Source: Callorhinchus milii
Taxonomy: Eukaryota
NCBI RefSeq assembly: GCF_018977255.1
Contig: NW_024705413.1
Location: 1 to 46,724, forward strand
Direction: 5' to 3'
Length of the DNA stretch: 46,724 nt
Positions within the stretch are counted from its first letter, which is position 1. Each line of letters begins with the position of its first letter. The position numbers were made by a program, and so were the translations under genes. This document shows positions 34,501 to 46,724 of the stretch, piece after piece. A model generated the notes under the pieces. That model was given only the letters and a program-made list of their open reading frames with translations, did no database searches and was not told where the DNA came from.

Positions 34501-35513
34501 CTCACTGAAATCGACTCGGGTTTAGCCCAGAGTTTGCTAGTTCCCACGTGGGGTGAAAAATAATTGCCACTTCCTTTTAAAAGAACAAGCCATGCTTGTG
34601 TCTGGGGGAATGGGTGAGGCATAATGATAAAGGCGTCGGGCCTGGGGAATAAAACTCCGCATACAGAGGAGGAATTCGTGAACCACGAACTTTCCAGATG
34701 ATCTAAGGAAATTAAAACATCGCGTCAAATAAGTTCAGAAGGCAGCACGAACTTTTAACGCCGCAAATGCGGGCATGGGCCAACTAGTGCCAAGAATAAT
34801 GGAACACATTTGCATGGAATAGTTACCTGGTGTGGCAAGTCAACGATCGCCCAGCAATTCTCCTGTCACTGTGCACGGACATACAAACACACCCACGACA
34901 CATTTAGACAACAGCAACAACAGCCCCTGTCGAATCACCACTAAAATGATGGTGACGTCACAATGGTGCTTTGCAAGGCTAAGTGCACGTTGACTGGGTC
35001 AGGTGATATGTGGAAGGCACTTGATGCTGGCAGGTCATGGTTACAAACCGAGCTGCTACTGGACGATGACTTGCAGATATTCTCATCACTGTGTTAACTT
35101 ACCACATTTTATCATCCATGTGGTTGCTCTGGTCATTGTTGTGAGCGTTACCCTCTATTGTTGTCGTTCGGGGACAATAACCTTCATGTGTTCTCTAATC
35201 CACGTGTCCCTCCACTGTGTCGAGGAATGTGCATCTCTACACTTTTAATCGCTTTGCCACAAATCCACCCAGAAGCTTCAATACTCTATTTTGGAAGGTT
35301 ATACTCGGTTCGGGAGGTTTGGCTATTATTTTCTCAAGTTTGAGGATCTCTGTATAGGTCTGAGTTTTTGTAAGTGTATGGATGTCTGGGAACAGTTATG
35401 GTCTCTCGAGAAGTGTTTTGGGAGTCTGGGTAGGTGTATGAGTCTCTGTCTTAGTGTACGGGTCTCTGCATGAGCCTATGGTGTCTCTGCGACCTTCACT
35501 TACCGGTGACGAC

Positions 35514-35810
35514 CTAGATGGCACCAACAAAAGGCGCCAACGGGGCAGCTGCATACACAGCACATATCGCAGTACAAAGGTTAACGGAGATTCACGTTTG
35601 AGAGTAAATGACGCATCCAACAGTCAACGAGCACAGTCCTTAATACACGCATTAAACAACACTCCGTAGCTGAGCTGTATAAACGAAGGAACATTTATGC
35701 GCCGGGAATTTGCCGGCGGGAAAGAGAAACCCTCACCGATTTTGCCTTTCACCGCGTGAGGAGCCACCACACCGGCGCCAATGCCGAGGGGTAGCCGAGT
35801 CCGCCAAGGG
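35514..35810 (-). CDS. lamprin: Lamprin copy 4, last two coding exons (35737-35810, 35514-35548); upstream exons lost at the N gap
   Basis: The LGGLGY..GIGAGVVAPHAVKGKI exon is 74 nt (one G short in a G run, two synonymous changes). The AAPLAPFVGAI* exon is intact and splice sites are conserved. Confidence 0.88.
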
Positions 35811-37368
35811 CTGCAAACAACACACACAGGATGGAGGGTTAAATGGTGGTTAAACGTTAAACCTCGCCCAGCACGTTTCGAATTAGCACGGTTTGCAACG
35901 TACGGGTGTGATAGTTGTTCTAACATACACACGCTCGCAGCGGCTTTTGGCTGGCCATCGAACAAGGACCGTCACCGCATCATCGCGCGGCCCTTTCAGA
36001 TGCGCTCTTGCGGCCATTTGCAACGCTCTTCCGATATTAGGAAGCCACTGGAGCCATGGTAATTTTACATCATCTAGATTGAAAACTGATTTCTTGCGAA
36101 CTGCTTCTCGTCTTTAGTTGTCCTTCCTCCACACCTCCGATTAGCACAGTTGGCTAGGTACGTTTTTTGTGTTTTGACTTAAAACTGCAGGACTTCATAT
36201 TCTTGGTTATTTCGGTAAAGTAATGTAGATATAAAAAATATAAAAACGAAAAGTAAATTAAATTAAATTATGAGGTTTCGATCACAACACAAGCGATCGT
36301 CATTGCTTGTGTTGTGATCGAAACGTCATTTTTATTCCACAAAATACTCATGGTCCAACTACCGTCTTGTCATCGGTTGCCGTTGCTTTAACCTCGGACA
36401 AACTACCGGTTAGGTTTCATTATAAAACAACAACAGTGGTTGTTAAAATTAATGATATCGATGATGATCGTTAAAGATTAGACTATTTAAATCCCCATAC
36501 ACCACCGACGCAACATTCCCGAACGTTTGAGCCTTTGCGTTTTGAAGCGAAAATATTCCGCACAAATAGAACCGGTCACTACTGAATTAACGTGGCAATA
36601 ACTTTACAGAAACAATTATACAGCGTTTGACACCCGGTCCATGCTTGGCGGTTTGTCGCCCAATCAAAGAGCTATCCAGGCTCAAGATCTGCTTAACTTC
36701 TGAGATATGATTTCATTGGGGAAGTGCAGTTCTGCATCTCTTCACCCGGAAATATGAAATGGGCTCGGCACAGTTTTTGCCGATCGCCAGATTGCGTGCG
36801 GTGGAGGGGAACTGTGGGAAGTGACTCCCACCTCTGTAAACTCCTACGTTCTGGCATTGAAAATTAGACCGGATAAATCAAATATCCTGTAGAGCTCACC
36901 TCTCATTGAGGCACCTGCCACCAGTGGCAGTTGTATTGCTGCACCTTCATCCATGATGAGAATAAGAATAGGATTTAGCATCCTCTGGTCTAACAATGTT
37001 TGAGACTAAGCTCTAAAGAAAGCTTTCTCTGGTGTGGACCAATCAGTTTCAAAGACAATGCATCATATATTTTCAGAGCATGTTTTTTGTTCGTATTTCC
37101 ACCACAAGAACATGTGGTTAATGCAGACATAATTCCTTGCAAAAGGTTTAAGTTTGGTGTTTTAACATCTTAACATCTGTTTTGTTGCCAGAAAAAATGG
37201 GAAAACCTATTCTTCAGAATAGGATTTATCCTTATTCCTATACATACATTTTTCCACTCCCCTCTACCGTAATAGATTCAATATTGACTGCAATCATGGC
37301 AAACCAATTTTGCTCGTGACTCACGTTCATCTTTGGGTGTCGTGGTGATGGTGTTAGTAGGGGAGGGG

Positions 37369-37398
37369 NNNNNNNNNNNNNNNNNNNNNNNNNNNNNN
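37369..37398. other. 30-N gap
   Basis: Run of 30 N interrupting intron 4 of lamprin copy 4. Confidence 0.99.
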
Positions 37399-40300
37399 CT
37401 AGCACGCAATGTCTGGCAGGTGCATAGAGACCCATAGAATACCCAACAAAGGGGACGATCATAAGTCGGGGCGAGAGTCTGCAGCTGTGCATGGCCAGGG
37501 GGTGATAGCTTTTTTATGGGTCTTAAATCCGCCGGCGCGGGGGGCATCAGTGCAAGTAGCCCTCTCGCGACCATTAGTTTAAATCCCTGACCTTGAGGCG
37601 GAAATTCTACGAAGGCTCATGGCAGTAAAACCCCTCTGCTGTACTGAAGGACATGACTGAGCGACGTAAAGAAGGAAAGCACCACAGTAGAGTGTTGCAT
37701 TGGTAGAACTTAAGACGGGAGGAACTTTCATTGAGCGAATCATGCAAAACTGAACTGTTTTGAGGCATCTCGACTACCGATACCGCACAATCACAGAGCA
37801 GTTGACACGCATCCCTGCCGAAACTTAGGTTCCTTGCCTTTTGAGTCGTTGGGCATCTACACGTGGAGTGTTTTAGGCCGCGGTTTACTGCCGGGTTTTG
37901 TCATTGTATTAGGTTGTAGTTTACTCCTAGGCCGAATGGATGATGTAAAACCGCTGCGTGCGATCGAGCTAGTAGACTCTGTCTTAAAACACACGCGGCA
38001 TCAGGATCTTTGTGAGGGTATCTTGCGGCGTTCCTAATTGACAAATACAAGTACTTAGGTGGAGTGCTGTGTGTTACTCTGGAATTGCAGAACTCCAACA
38101 CCAGTCCACTCCCGGTAGGCATAATAGAGACCGCTGCGCAGAACACGGCTAGGACCCCAGCGAATAGGTTTCCTGGTGTACATATGATACTGCAGTGCCC
38201 ATATCACTCACGATATTTCTGTGTCCGATCGGCGGAGTGGATTACTAGGGCAGATTAGGGGCTATGGATCATTTGAAACCCACGATGGAGCAAAAATACT
38301 CGAACCCAACAGATTCAAATTTACGTGACGAGGTATTCTCTCTGTTGTTCATGTGTAAACTACATCGAGACTCTGCAGCGTGTTAAGGCTCCAAAGAGCG
38401 TCTAACCGAGGTAAGACAGTGAAGGCTTTCTCCGACACGTATTACATTTTTTAACGATCCTAGATGAGTGGGAGTGTGAGAAACTTAACTGGGACTGCGC
38501 TAATTGAACGCACATCGTGATGTCAAACCAAAATTTGAACACGCCTTTTACCAAAACGTTCACGTGCCCAAGGCCACGTCAGACTCTACTACGCGGGAAC
38601 CGCGTGAGCTGGAGAATGCGCATGGTCGCGGTACGATGATGTCGTAGGGCGTATTATGAGCAAGATACACTGGGTTAGTCTTGCGGTGAGTACGACACAT
38701 GGCTCAATTCTTTCGACGACCGGGCAGAAGAAAGATGCAGCGGCGACTGGGTCACGACGCTAAGGGTATAATTGTAAAGTCGTCTATCTGAAGCTTTGCT
38801 ACCAAGTTCGAGAACCGGCCATAAAGAACTTTTTGGTACGATAGGTCGACGACTTGCTGAGACATTGCTGCTTTAGCGCGGTAGCGGTGAGTCCATGTAG
38901 CCACTCCTAGAGTATCTCTGTTATGAGTAACTCGGACCGCTAGAGGAGAAAATGATATCCTGATCTTGCGAGATCTGGCCCAATAGGCCGCGATGGGGCC
39001 CCCATCGTTTCTGCAAGCTCGCTGCCTACTAACGGTAGCACGTACCGGCGTAAAGAGGAAGACAAAGCGCTGTCAGAAAAGCGAAGTGTGAACCATACTG
39101 GTCCCGGGTCGCTGACTACAGACATGGGCGACAGAAGCGCTACAAATAAGGACGAAGGAAAGTCATTCTCCCGATAATCGCACATGCAACTATTTAACAC
39201 ACGAGATTTGCATTGTATCGGAGACGAGTAAAGAGATGTTTCGTATTTGGAGATAAAACGGCATATTAAATCGATCCAGGCTTGATCAGCGGCTAAAACC
39301 TTGGCTGGGATGGGCGTTAATTCTACATGCCTACTTTCAAAGATTGCAACCTTAAGACCACCGAGCGCACACGTACGAATGTAGAGCATGGAGATAAGCG
39401 TTTCACCAACCGATGCCGGGTCCCAACCATTCCTTAGTCGACATTTGCATATTTACCCAGCCTATATTAGAGATGTCTTCAGAGTTAACCTGTCCTACCT
39501 TAGATCGACAAAATGTGACTGGAAAGGCTGGAACATATTAGGAAGTAACGCTTAACATACTTTAAATCCATTGGCAACCTTAAGTCTGCATTGCAAAAGC
39601 AATCCTGGGCTCGCCCTAAATACAGTCACCCCTGCATCACTGTATGGGCAGGAAATTCGTACGACCGAACATCAGGAAGAGCCTGTAGAATAGGAGGTAA
39701 CGACTTATGGTCGCCACAAAACCAGAGTGTGCCGGTTGGCCTTGCCGGCGTAGTGGAAGGTACAAATGTACGTTAAGCCATCACAGGTGACCCGGACTTT
39801 GTGACGGATTGCGATGGAGACCCAACAAGTACACGGTTGCGCCAGTTAGTGCTGCGCCCGATAGGCCCCAAATCCGGGTCTGTGCTCTGTATTCGGGCGG
39901 CGCCCTGTTCTCTGGCTTGCCACATTTCCTATATCAATTCCACAACTTTATAGGCCAGTGTGCGATTAATTCTCAATTGTAACCTGGGATGGCCATAATC
40001 TCATGGATTACTACCGTAGAACGATTGAGTGCCTCCGCTAGATTGTGCAAAGAAATGCGGGAATGCTTAATGCCTAGAAACCGAGGACGCTGTTACTGCG
40101 TATCGACACATGCTATCCGTGCTATTCTTGTCCGGTAGTACAACGGCGATGTAGCATGTATAGGGTGTGCGACGGTCCCACAAAGACGGCTATCTCCGAA
40201 GGGTCCTCACGTGAGCTGACAAGCTGGTAGGTGTATAAGAGTCTCAGCTCAGGAGGGCGGTGCACTCACGAGACCCTATAGCGGGAGGACTGAGTGATGT

Positions 40301-43300
40301 GATCCATCATATATCGTTTACACTGAGCCTCCTATGTAACTAGCTAGCGTCCCCGAGGACGACCCTACGGTGAGTGAGGCAATGCCTTGTTGTGATACAT
40401 CATTTGCTGACCCACTCAGGCGCTTGTCATGGAAATCTCCGCCTAAGATGGCGGAGCCTTGATCCTGGTCGAGCGGCGGTCAACCGACTTTGTCCGACCT
40501 ATTATAACGAGCAGTACTTAGCGATTGTCACTTAGTTGGGTGTGCCTGTTAACCTTATATTATATACAAGATTCGACGATCTGATGGAGTAGGATATCTC
40601 ATTCACGCCGAAGTTAACTTAACAATTAGTCGCTGAATACGGGCCAGGACTCAGAGGGATTGGATAGTCCGGTAGAGCTCAGGAGAACGTGCTGGGTTCT
40701 TGTTTATGAGGGTTAGACCACTGGCTTGGATGTGAATCGTGAACAAAGCACAGATGGGTCAACCCAACAATGGTGCCATCACCGTCGATTGTGCCTCTTA
40801 GGACCATTAGCAGTGGTGCTATGCTCTCACCCCGAGCCCCTGTTGCGGTTACAACAACTTATCCGAATCACGCTAAGACTAATATTACCATGACACCAGG
40901 TTACTGAGTACACCTGGGGCGTAGTTCTATTTATGATCAGAGCTGCCTTCTCTCGAGGGGGCTCTATCCATACGTATTTGAAACTATTGACTAGTCTAGA
41001 GCGGACGGGTGCATGATGCCCCATGCAAGCCGCCCATCCATTATCCGGCAAGCAATCTAAGGGGAAACCTACTAGATTTCAATTTACACCCTCAAGTACT
41101 GGGTATTCTCATAGATACTAAGGTATCGTGTGAAGGCCTAAGGCTGGGATAACTACTAACATGACATCGGCGTAAACTTCCCGTCCCAATAATGGCTACT
41201 GCCACAGGCATGATATGCGATAATCCCTTCACGATCCATGGGCGCTACCCCGGGAATGTCTGTGAGTCATCTTCCAGTGGTTACAATGACCCGGAAGCTA
41301 ACCAAGAATGGTTCCGCGGGGAAACGGTGATGCTAGAGGTGAGCATTCTAGAAAATTTAGTTCTTGAACTTCGCCTTATGTGAGGAAAAACCTCCTGAGG
41401 ATGAAGTCGACCACCTTCGTGTGCCACTCAAGTGCGATCACCGACTGAGCGATAACTCGAAAACCCGGCGCTTATCCCGACTCACGTTGTTCCACATTGA
41501 GATTTCACCATAGGCTTCTACTAGGTCGACCCCGACCATACACTTACCGTGCTACAGTGTTGCAACAGTAAATTGCCTGATTATGGTAAGGAGTAGCGAT
41601 AGAAGTTTGCGCTAAGAGAGAAGGGGTAGTGTAGCGTCATCCTTTGGAAGACGAGATTTCCGGTTCGACTTCCTCAACTTCTGCTGGTGGATCATAACAA
41701 CGATGAAGTATAATATACATGATCTTTATCAAACTACGGTAGGGTCTACCCAGATAGTATGGTTGGGGCCCCTACCCTGACGAGGTTGTAAGTCTTTCAG
41801 TTACTAATCCCGGCACGTAACATAGTCAGATCTACTGTGAAGTTTTATGAACGGCCTATGGTGTAAAAGGTTAGTTCACATGCGGCTTTTCTTCAAAGGA
41901 TACGAGCAAACGAGGGAGTCGAATGAGGGTCATCTGGGGCCCGAGGTCATTGTTTTTAGTCCTTTCTGTGGCACGGGTGAAATACAAGCATCAGTTGTCT
42001 ATATCCTCGCAGCGTGTTTTGAGACTGGATTCTGTCAAACCCCATCGCTCTTCCTACTCGAACATTGCGGGGCCGTGTGTGACAATGAATAGAATTATTA
42101 AAACATATTTAGAGTCGAATGAGGTAGCAGGCGCGGCGAGGCTGAGACAATAGCTTAGAGTGGCGCCAACGGAATTGTGTGTGGTTTATGCGAAATAGGT
42201 TCTGTTGACACCCCGTAAGCTCTCGCGGTGTTGGCGATGAGGTAATCATCGTTCGGAGGGTGGAAATCCTGCGGTTAAAGGACATAGCCGTGAATACTTA
42301 TCGCGACGCGAGCTAGTTTGCAGTAGCATTTATGTTCGCCGTTGTAGGTCAGAAATTAAGGTGTTAGGGAGCTCACCATTGACAGGTTGGGTTACATAGA
42401 GATTTTAAAGCGTTCGGTGTCCGCATCCGTAATAGATAACGTATGTGCGTGCCGGGTAGGGATAGCGGCTTTAGCGTTTTTTTCCTAAATAAGACGTTTC
42501 GAGACAACATTGCCAGGACATTAGCGGCGCTTAATATGGGGCGCGCCCACCGATTTGATTAACACTATTAGGACGGAAAAACGAGTGTAGTCTGCGAAGG
42601 TCACGACTCCGATGGATGCACTCGGAACGGACTCATTTCGGGGGGGCCGATAGACGTACTTATGTCATCTGTCTCAGAGAAAGCAAGGCAACACAGTAAC
42701 GACGAGGGTCTAAGTGTCGAGCGAACGTTAGTTAGACGGACTACGCCAACGTGCGGCAATACGACGCACTTATAGGATTGATCATAAGCAGCATAACTGA
42801 TAACTAGCAATCATTGTCTACTGGGCACGTCCCCTGTAACGCTTATCACCGCACAGCAACAAACACTTTGGAACTGTGATATACCGTTTCCCTGCTATCG
42901 GATCGGATTCCATCAACAAGCCGCGTCCTACGGAAACATCACGTATAGTAAGAAGACCGGATCTGAGACCTGGATTGTTCCACGAAGAGATCGGAAAACG
43001 TAAGTAGAGATAATAGTTCCCTGCGTGATTATGTAAAGAGAACTCATACCAAAGACGGTTGTACTGGGCTTGGGAGATGACCAACATACCGGCTGTTCGA
43101 ACACTGCACTCTGCTAGTACTGTGGTGGACTCACTGAATGCGGACTGGCACCATGAAAGTGTCAAGGAATAATAATCCCCCAAATTTCTTGAACGTTAGG
43201 GAGAAGGCATTCTCGGTATTTTATGTCTAATTTGCAGGTTATCGTGGAAAATAAATTACGGGATATAGCTTGGCCGATCGAATTGGATAGTCGAGGTTGC

Positions 43301-46300
43301 GAGGGGCTAGACAACCCTAAGGTCAAAGTACCGCGGGAACTAACACATTCTCTGGCTCACCCTTATCCGCGACTATTACTAAAGAGGTAGCTACAACCTC
43401 CAGCTAACTGTATGGCGTTCACCAACACCAGCTTTCGCTCCTCATAGAAGCATCAGTGAGCTTGTGAAGATTTTCTTCGAGGCGTAGACTACGCAATTTG
43501 TGACAGACCGGGAGACATTCGTGAAACGGGGATATTCACTACGAATCTACGCTGGGCCTTGTGTCCAAAGTCACTTCCTAAGAAGACCTCAGGGCGACTA
43601 TCTATTCACTCATGTCAAGGAATGTCAGGGGCGGCACAAGCACACTACACCCCGGAAAATAATTAGATCTCTAACCTTGCAATGAGTTGATGATTACTTG
43701 AAAACCGGTCCGTTTCCTATAAATAGCAAACCATCCGTACGCAAGATGCATACCTAAGTGTTCTAAGGCAAAGAAAGTATATCCGTCTGACCAATAGGAT
43801 TGCTAGTGGACCGAACACTATTTTCGTTTACTGGTGCCTATCTGATTCATCAAGCTAACAGTTAACGAGCCGCTTAACTATAGGATCAACACATTGCGTA
43901 ACCGCCACTTTTCGTGCCATTATCCCCTCGGCCTTCTCTCTTCGGCAGAACCTAAGGTCCTACCGAGATATCGCACGGTAATTCTAGTGGGTCGGGATGA
44001 CGACGAGACAAAGACCTGTATGACACTCTTACCCGATTTAAGAAGCGCGCGATACCGTAAATGAGCTCAGTCACGTATGAATAATACTGTCCGCGGAACG
44101 ACGGCATTTCGTATCTCGCTCGCTAAAACGAGAGAGTGCGTCCCCCTGACGTGGCAAATCATGCCTCACGGGTGGTCATAACTCCATTAACCACGTCGGT
44201 TGGAGCGAAGGAATTCGTCACACAATGTACCTGTGTGAAACCGGCCGGTTATTTCTTCGTCTTGGGCAGTCACTATTAGATAACTTAAGACATTATTCGT
44301 AAAACTGGAGGACTATATGCTTTCTCCCACGTATTATTTCTAAGCATGATCCCCATATTGACTATCCGTCACTCATCGTCGCCACAGCTTTCGAGTCTTG
44401 CAGTGGTTCTGTTTGCGACAGGCAAGCCGAAATACCGACGTGGTGAGCGGGTCATTGCGTGCACCACACGTCGCCACTGCGGCCGTCTTTCAAATGATGC
44501 TAAAGATTGTTGCCCGTGGAGATGTTTCGGTGAATGACGCAGAAATGAGTTTTCTCCGCAGAGCCGCTTACTAGTCTGAGCTATAGACGATGAATCGGGA
44601 CTCGAAAGGTCAGACCTTTCCAAATATTGCTTGTATGCCGGTTCCCTATTCGAATAGAACGACGAGCCTTCAGGATATACGTCATATTCCCCATGATACT
44701 AGAATTATGTGGCTTTCTTATGTCGCAGATTAGCCTCTTGGGCAGTCCCATGTCACGTTATTACGCCAAGCGAAACGAACATGTGTTGTAGGACGTCGCC
44801 GTAACCGGGGCATGCTCCCCTATATCGATCATTAGGTGCCAATGCATTCTGCGCGACGCCTGTCCCCCGGTATTGCGAACCGTAAGATAGCGTCACGTCG
44901 GGATACGAGGTCTAAAACGAAATTACCTATCACGAACAGTGTTCACACAAACCTCAGGGCAGCTATTTGAATTGAACGGGAAAAACACTCAGTCTGCGAC
45001 ATCTACTACCGTAATTTGACGACCTGATGGATGCTAGGGTCACACTACGTATGGGATCACCGCCCACGTGGAAGATTGACGTCCGTTCGCTCTATAACAA
45101 GCTCCGTTTGACCTCTGTTTTACGCACGCTCAAACTCGTGAATCACGCTTAGCCTTCGATTATATGCAGGGATTAGACGACAGCGCTATAAGTGTGGTAC
45201 ACGACAGCTGTGCTCGATCGAGTAATTAAACCCCCCCCTCCCGTTGGAGCCAAGTACAGCTAAGTCGCTCTGTCAGTAATCTGGGCAGACTACGGGATCC
45301 GTCGGCTGGCGTTAAGCTCTTCTATAGGATTGAGAGCCAAGTGGGCATGGACTACTATCGGTGGGCACTAATCCGCCCCTATTTAGGGATATATCGGGTA
45401 CTCCATCAACGCATGGGAACATTATGGGAATGAATGGCTTTATCATAAGACACTAATGCTGAACTAATAAATAACGCTTATACCGCACGTTGTGTAGTAT
45501 GAGATTAGTCAACAATAAATCCCTATAATAGCTTTGGATACCAGTTTCAGTCCTTATTAAGACAATATCGTCCCGTAATCGCGGGAGACAACCGTATACA
45601 CCAAGATAATAGACTAGCGCTAGTCCACGTAGACTAGTGACACACCTAAGGAACCTCGCCCACGCGGAGGGGGCGTACAGACCACACGGGATGACTAGGC
45701 CGATCTCCTCGCGTTACGAGATACTGATGAATTACTTTTTGTAGTTCCAAGCTCCGAAGATAACCGGGACTGTACACAGGGCTGGGACGTAACGCTGACC
45801 AACGATCCGGCGAATCGTATCGCACCCGGATCAAGTGACACATTAGCCGAGAGTTAGAAATATCTGCAAATGGCAGCCAACCATATAAGTATTTTCGCTA
45901 GAACGCGTTGGATTCCTATAGGTACTCATATTGAGTATCAGTACTTTCGCCTAAGAAAGTAAAACAATGAGAACACTAATGTTCCGATGACGCTGCCATA
46001 ATGCGCTCATAGATACTGAAGCCACACAGAAGCCTCTGTAGCACACTATACATGTGGGGCGGTAGTTTCACAACTGTGGAGGTGGTATGTTCGAGATACG
46101 TAACGAACGGGTGGCTTAACACCCGCTTATTTAGTTCCCGGGACGTACGTAGCTAGTTCTCTGGGATGGTCCCGCCGCGTAGTAAACGCGATGGATAAAA
46201 TACGCCGGCTGAGTTCGAATACATCTCTAGACGTATTCATGTGATGACACTCTAAACAAGGTGTAGGCGGGATTTTTTTCGTATCGGCAGACGTATTTAC

Positions 46301-46724
46301 TGTATCCAAAGTGGTTAAATCAGTTCGCGACCTCCATGGCACTCTATGTAGATCTACGCCACGTTTGATTCACTCATCAGGGGCGGTGGATCCAGCGTAC
46401 CGACGCGGGCGTCCCGTTACCTTAGCCCACTTAACCTGCGAGTTCCAAGTATAAAATTGGACTTTCTCACACCGGTGTACTGGCCGAGCCTATAGCCCCC
46501 TAGTGCTAGAGCGAAGAAGCGGTAATTAAAATGGGGCTGGCCCAAGGAACACGCATGGTTTGAGTGGTAGGGATGGACATAAACTTACGAAAATGTGAAC
46601 GCCCGGCGCCAACGCTCGCGCCCCGGAGCATGTAAGCAATTACATGCTACACACTACGGTGCGAGAGGTTCACTTACTACGCACAGTAATTTTGGGTTTG
46701 GCTCGGAGCGCAACAGAAGGTGCT
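37399..46724. other. Featureless, random-looking sequence unrelated to the array
   Basis: No continuation of copy 4, none of the SINE/PLE motifs, essentially no poly(A/T) or CA/GT tracts, abundant CpG and TpA, and only short non-protein-like ORFs. Confidence 0.75.

Larger units (their letters stand above)
1..37368 (-). repeat. Tandem segmental array of lamprin gene units (period ~11.9-13.4 kb, parts of 4 genes)
   Basis: Homologous landmarks recur: ATG at 1790/14743/28132, stop at 10151/23580/35514, GGLGY exon at 1-80/12846-13019/26234-26407. The same spurious ORFs also recur in the ORF track. Confidence 0.97.

Noticed and set aside
35737..35810. Calling copy 4 a pseudogene
   Set aside because: The only lesion is one missing G in a G run, and the other changes are synonymous, which fits a consensus error.
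38940..43183. ORFs of 149 aa and 121 aa after the gap
   Set aside because: Lengths expected by chance in 9 kb, no recognisable motifs, and no splice or promoter context.

Overview
Eukaryotic (lamprey-type) genomic DNA. Bases 1-37368 are a head-to-tail tandem array of ~12-13.4 kb units, each carrying a minus-strand, multi-exon lamprin gene (the secreted GGLGY-repeat matrix protein of lamprey cartilage). There are two complete copies (CDS spans 10151-14743 and 23580-28132) and two partial copies cut by the window start (1-1790) and by an N gap (35514-35810). Splicing the exons by hand (all GT-AG, all phase 1) gives a 134-aa precursor: MAAAIQALLVLALFHLATATPVVGKQTVSTVSTGFLGHPV(GGLGY)9HGAALGGAYTHHAALGGLGYPLGIGAGVVAPHAVKGKIAAPLAPFVGAI. 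A cassette exon (LVHPYGGLGYH) that the ORF track misses lies between exons 3 and 5, and at least one intron lies in the 3' UTR. The units are mosaics of each other and differ by a 907-bp MITE, a ~300-bp MITE and several deletions. Spacers and introns hold V-SINE-like copies and Penelope-like repeat fragments with degenerate minimal hammerhead ribozyme motifs. After a 30-N gap (37369-37398), bases 37399-46724 look statistically random and yielded no supportable feature. Almost all ORFs in the supplied track are spurious. All alignments were done by eye.
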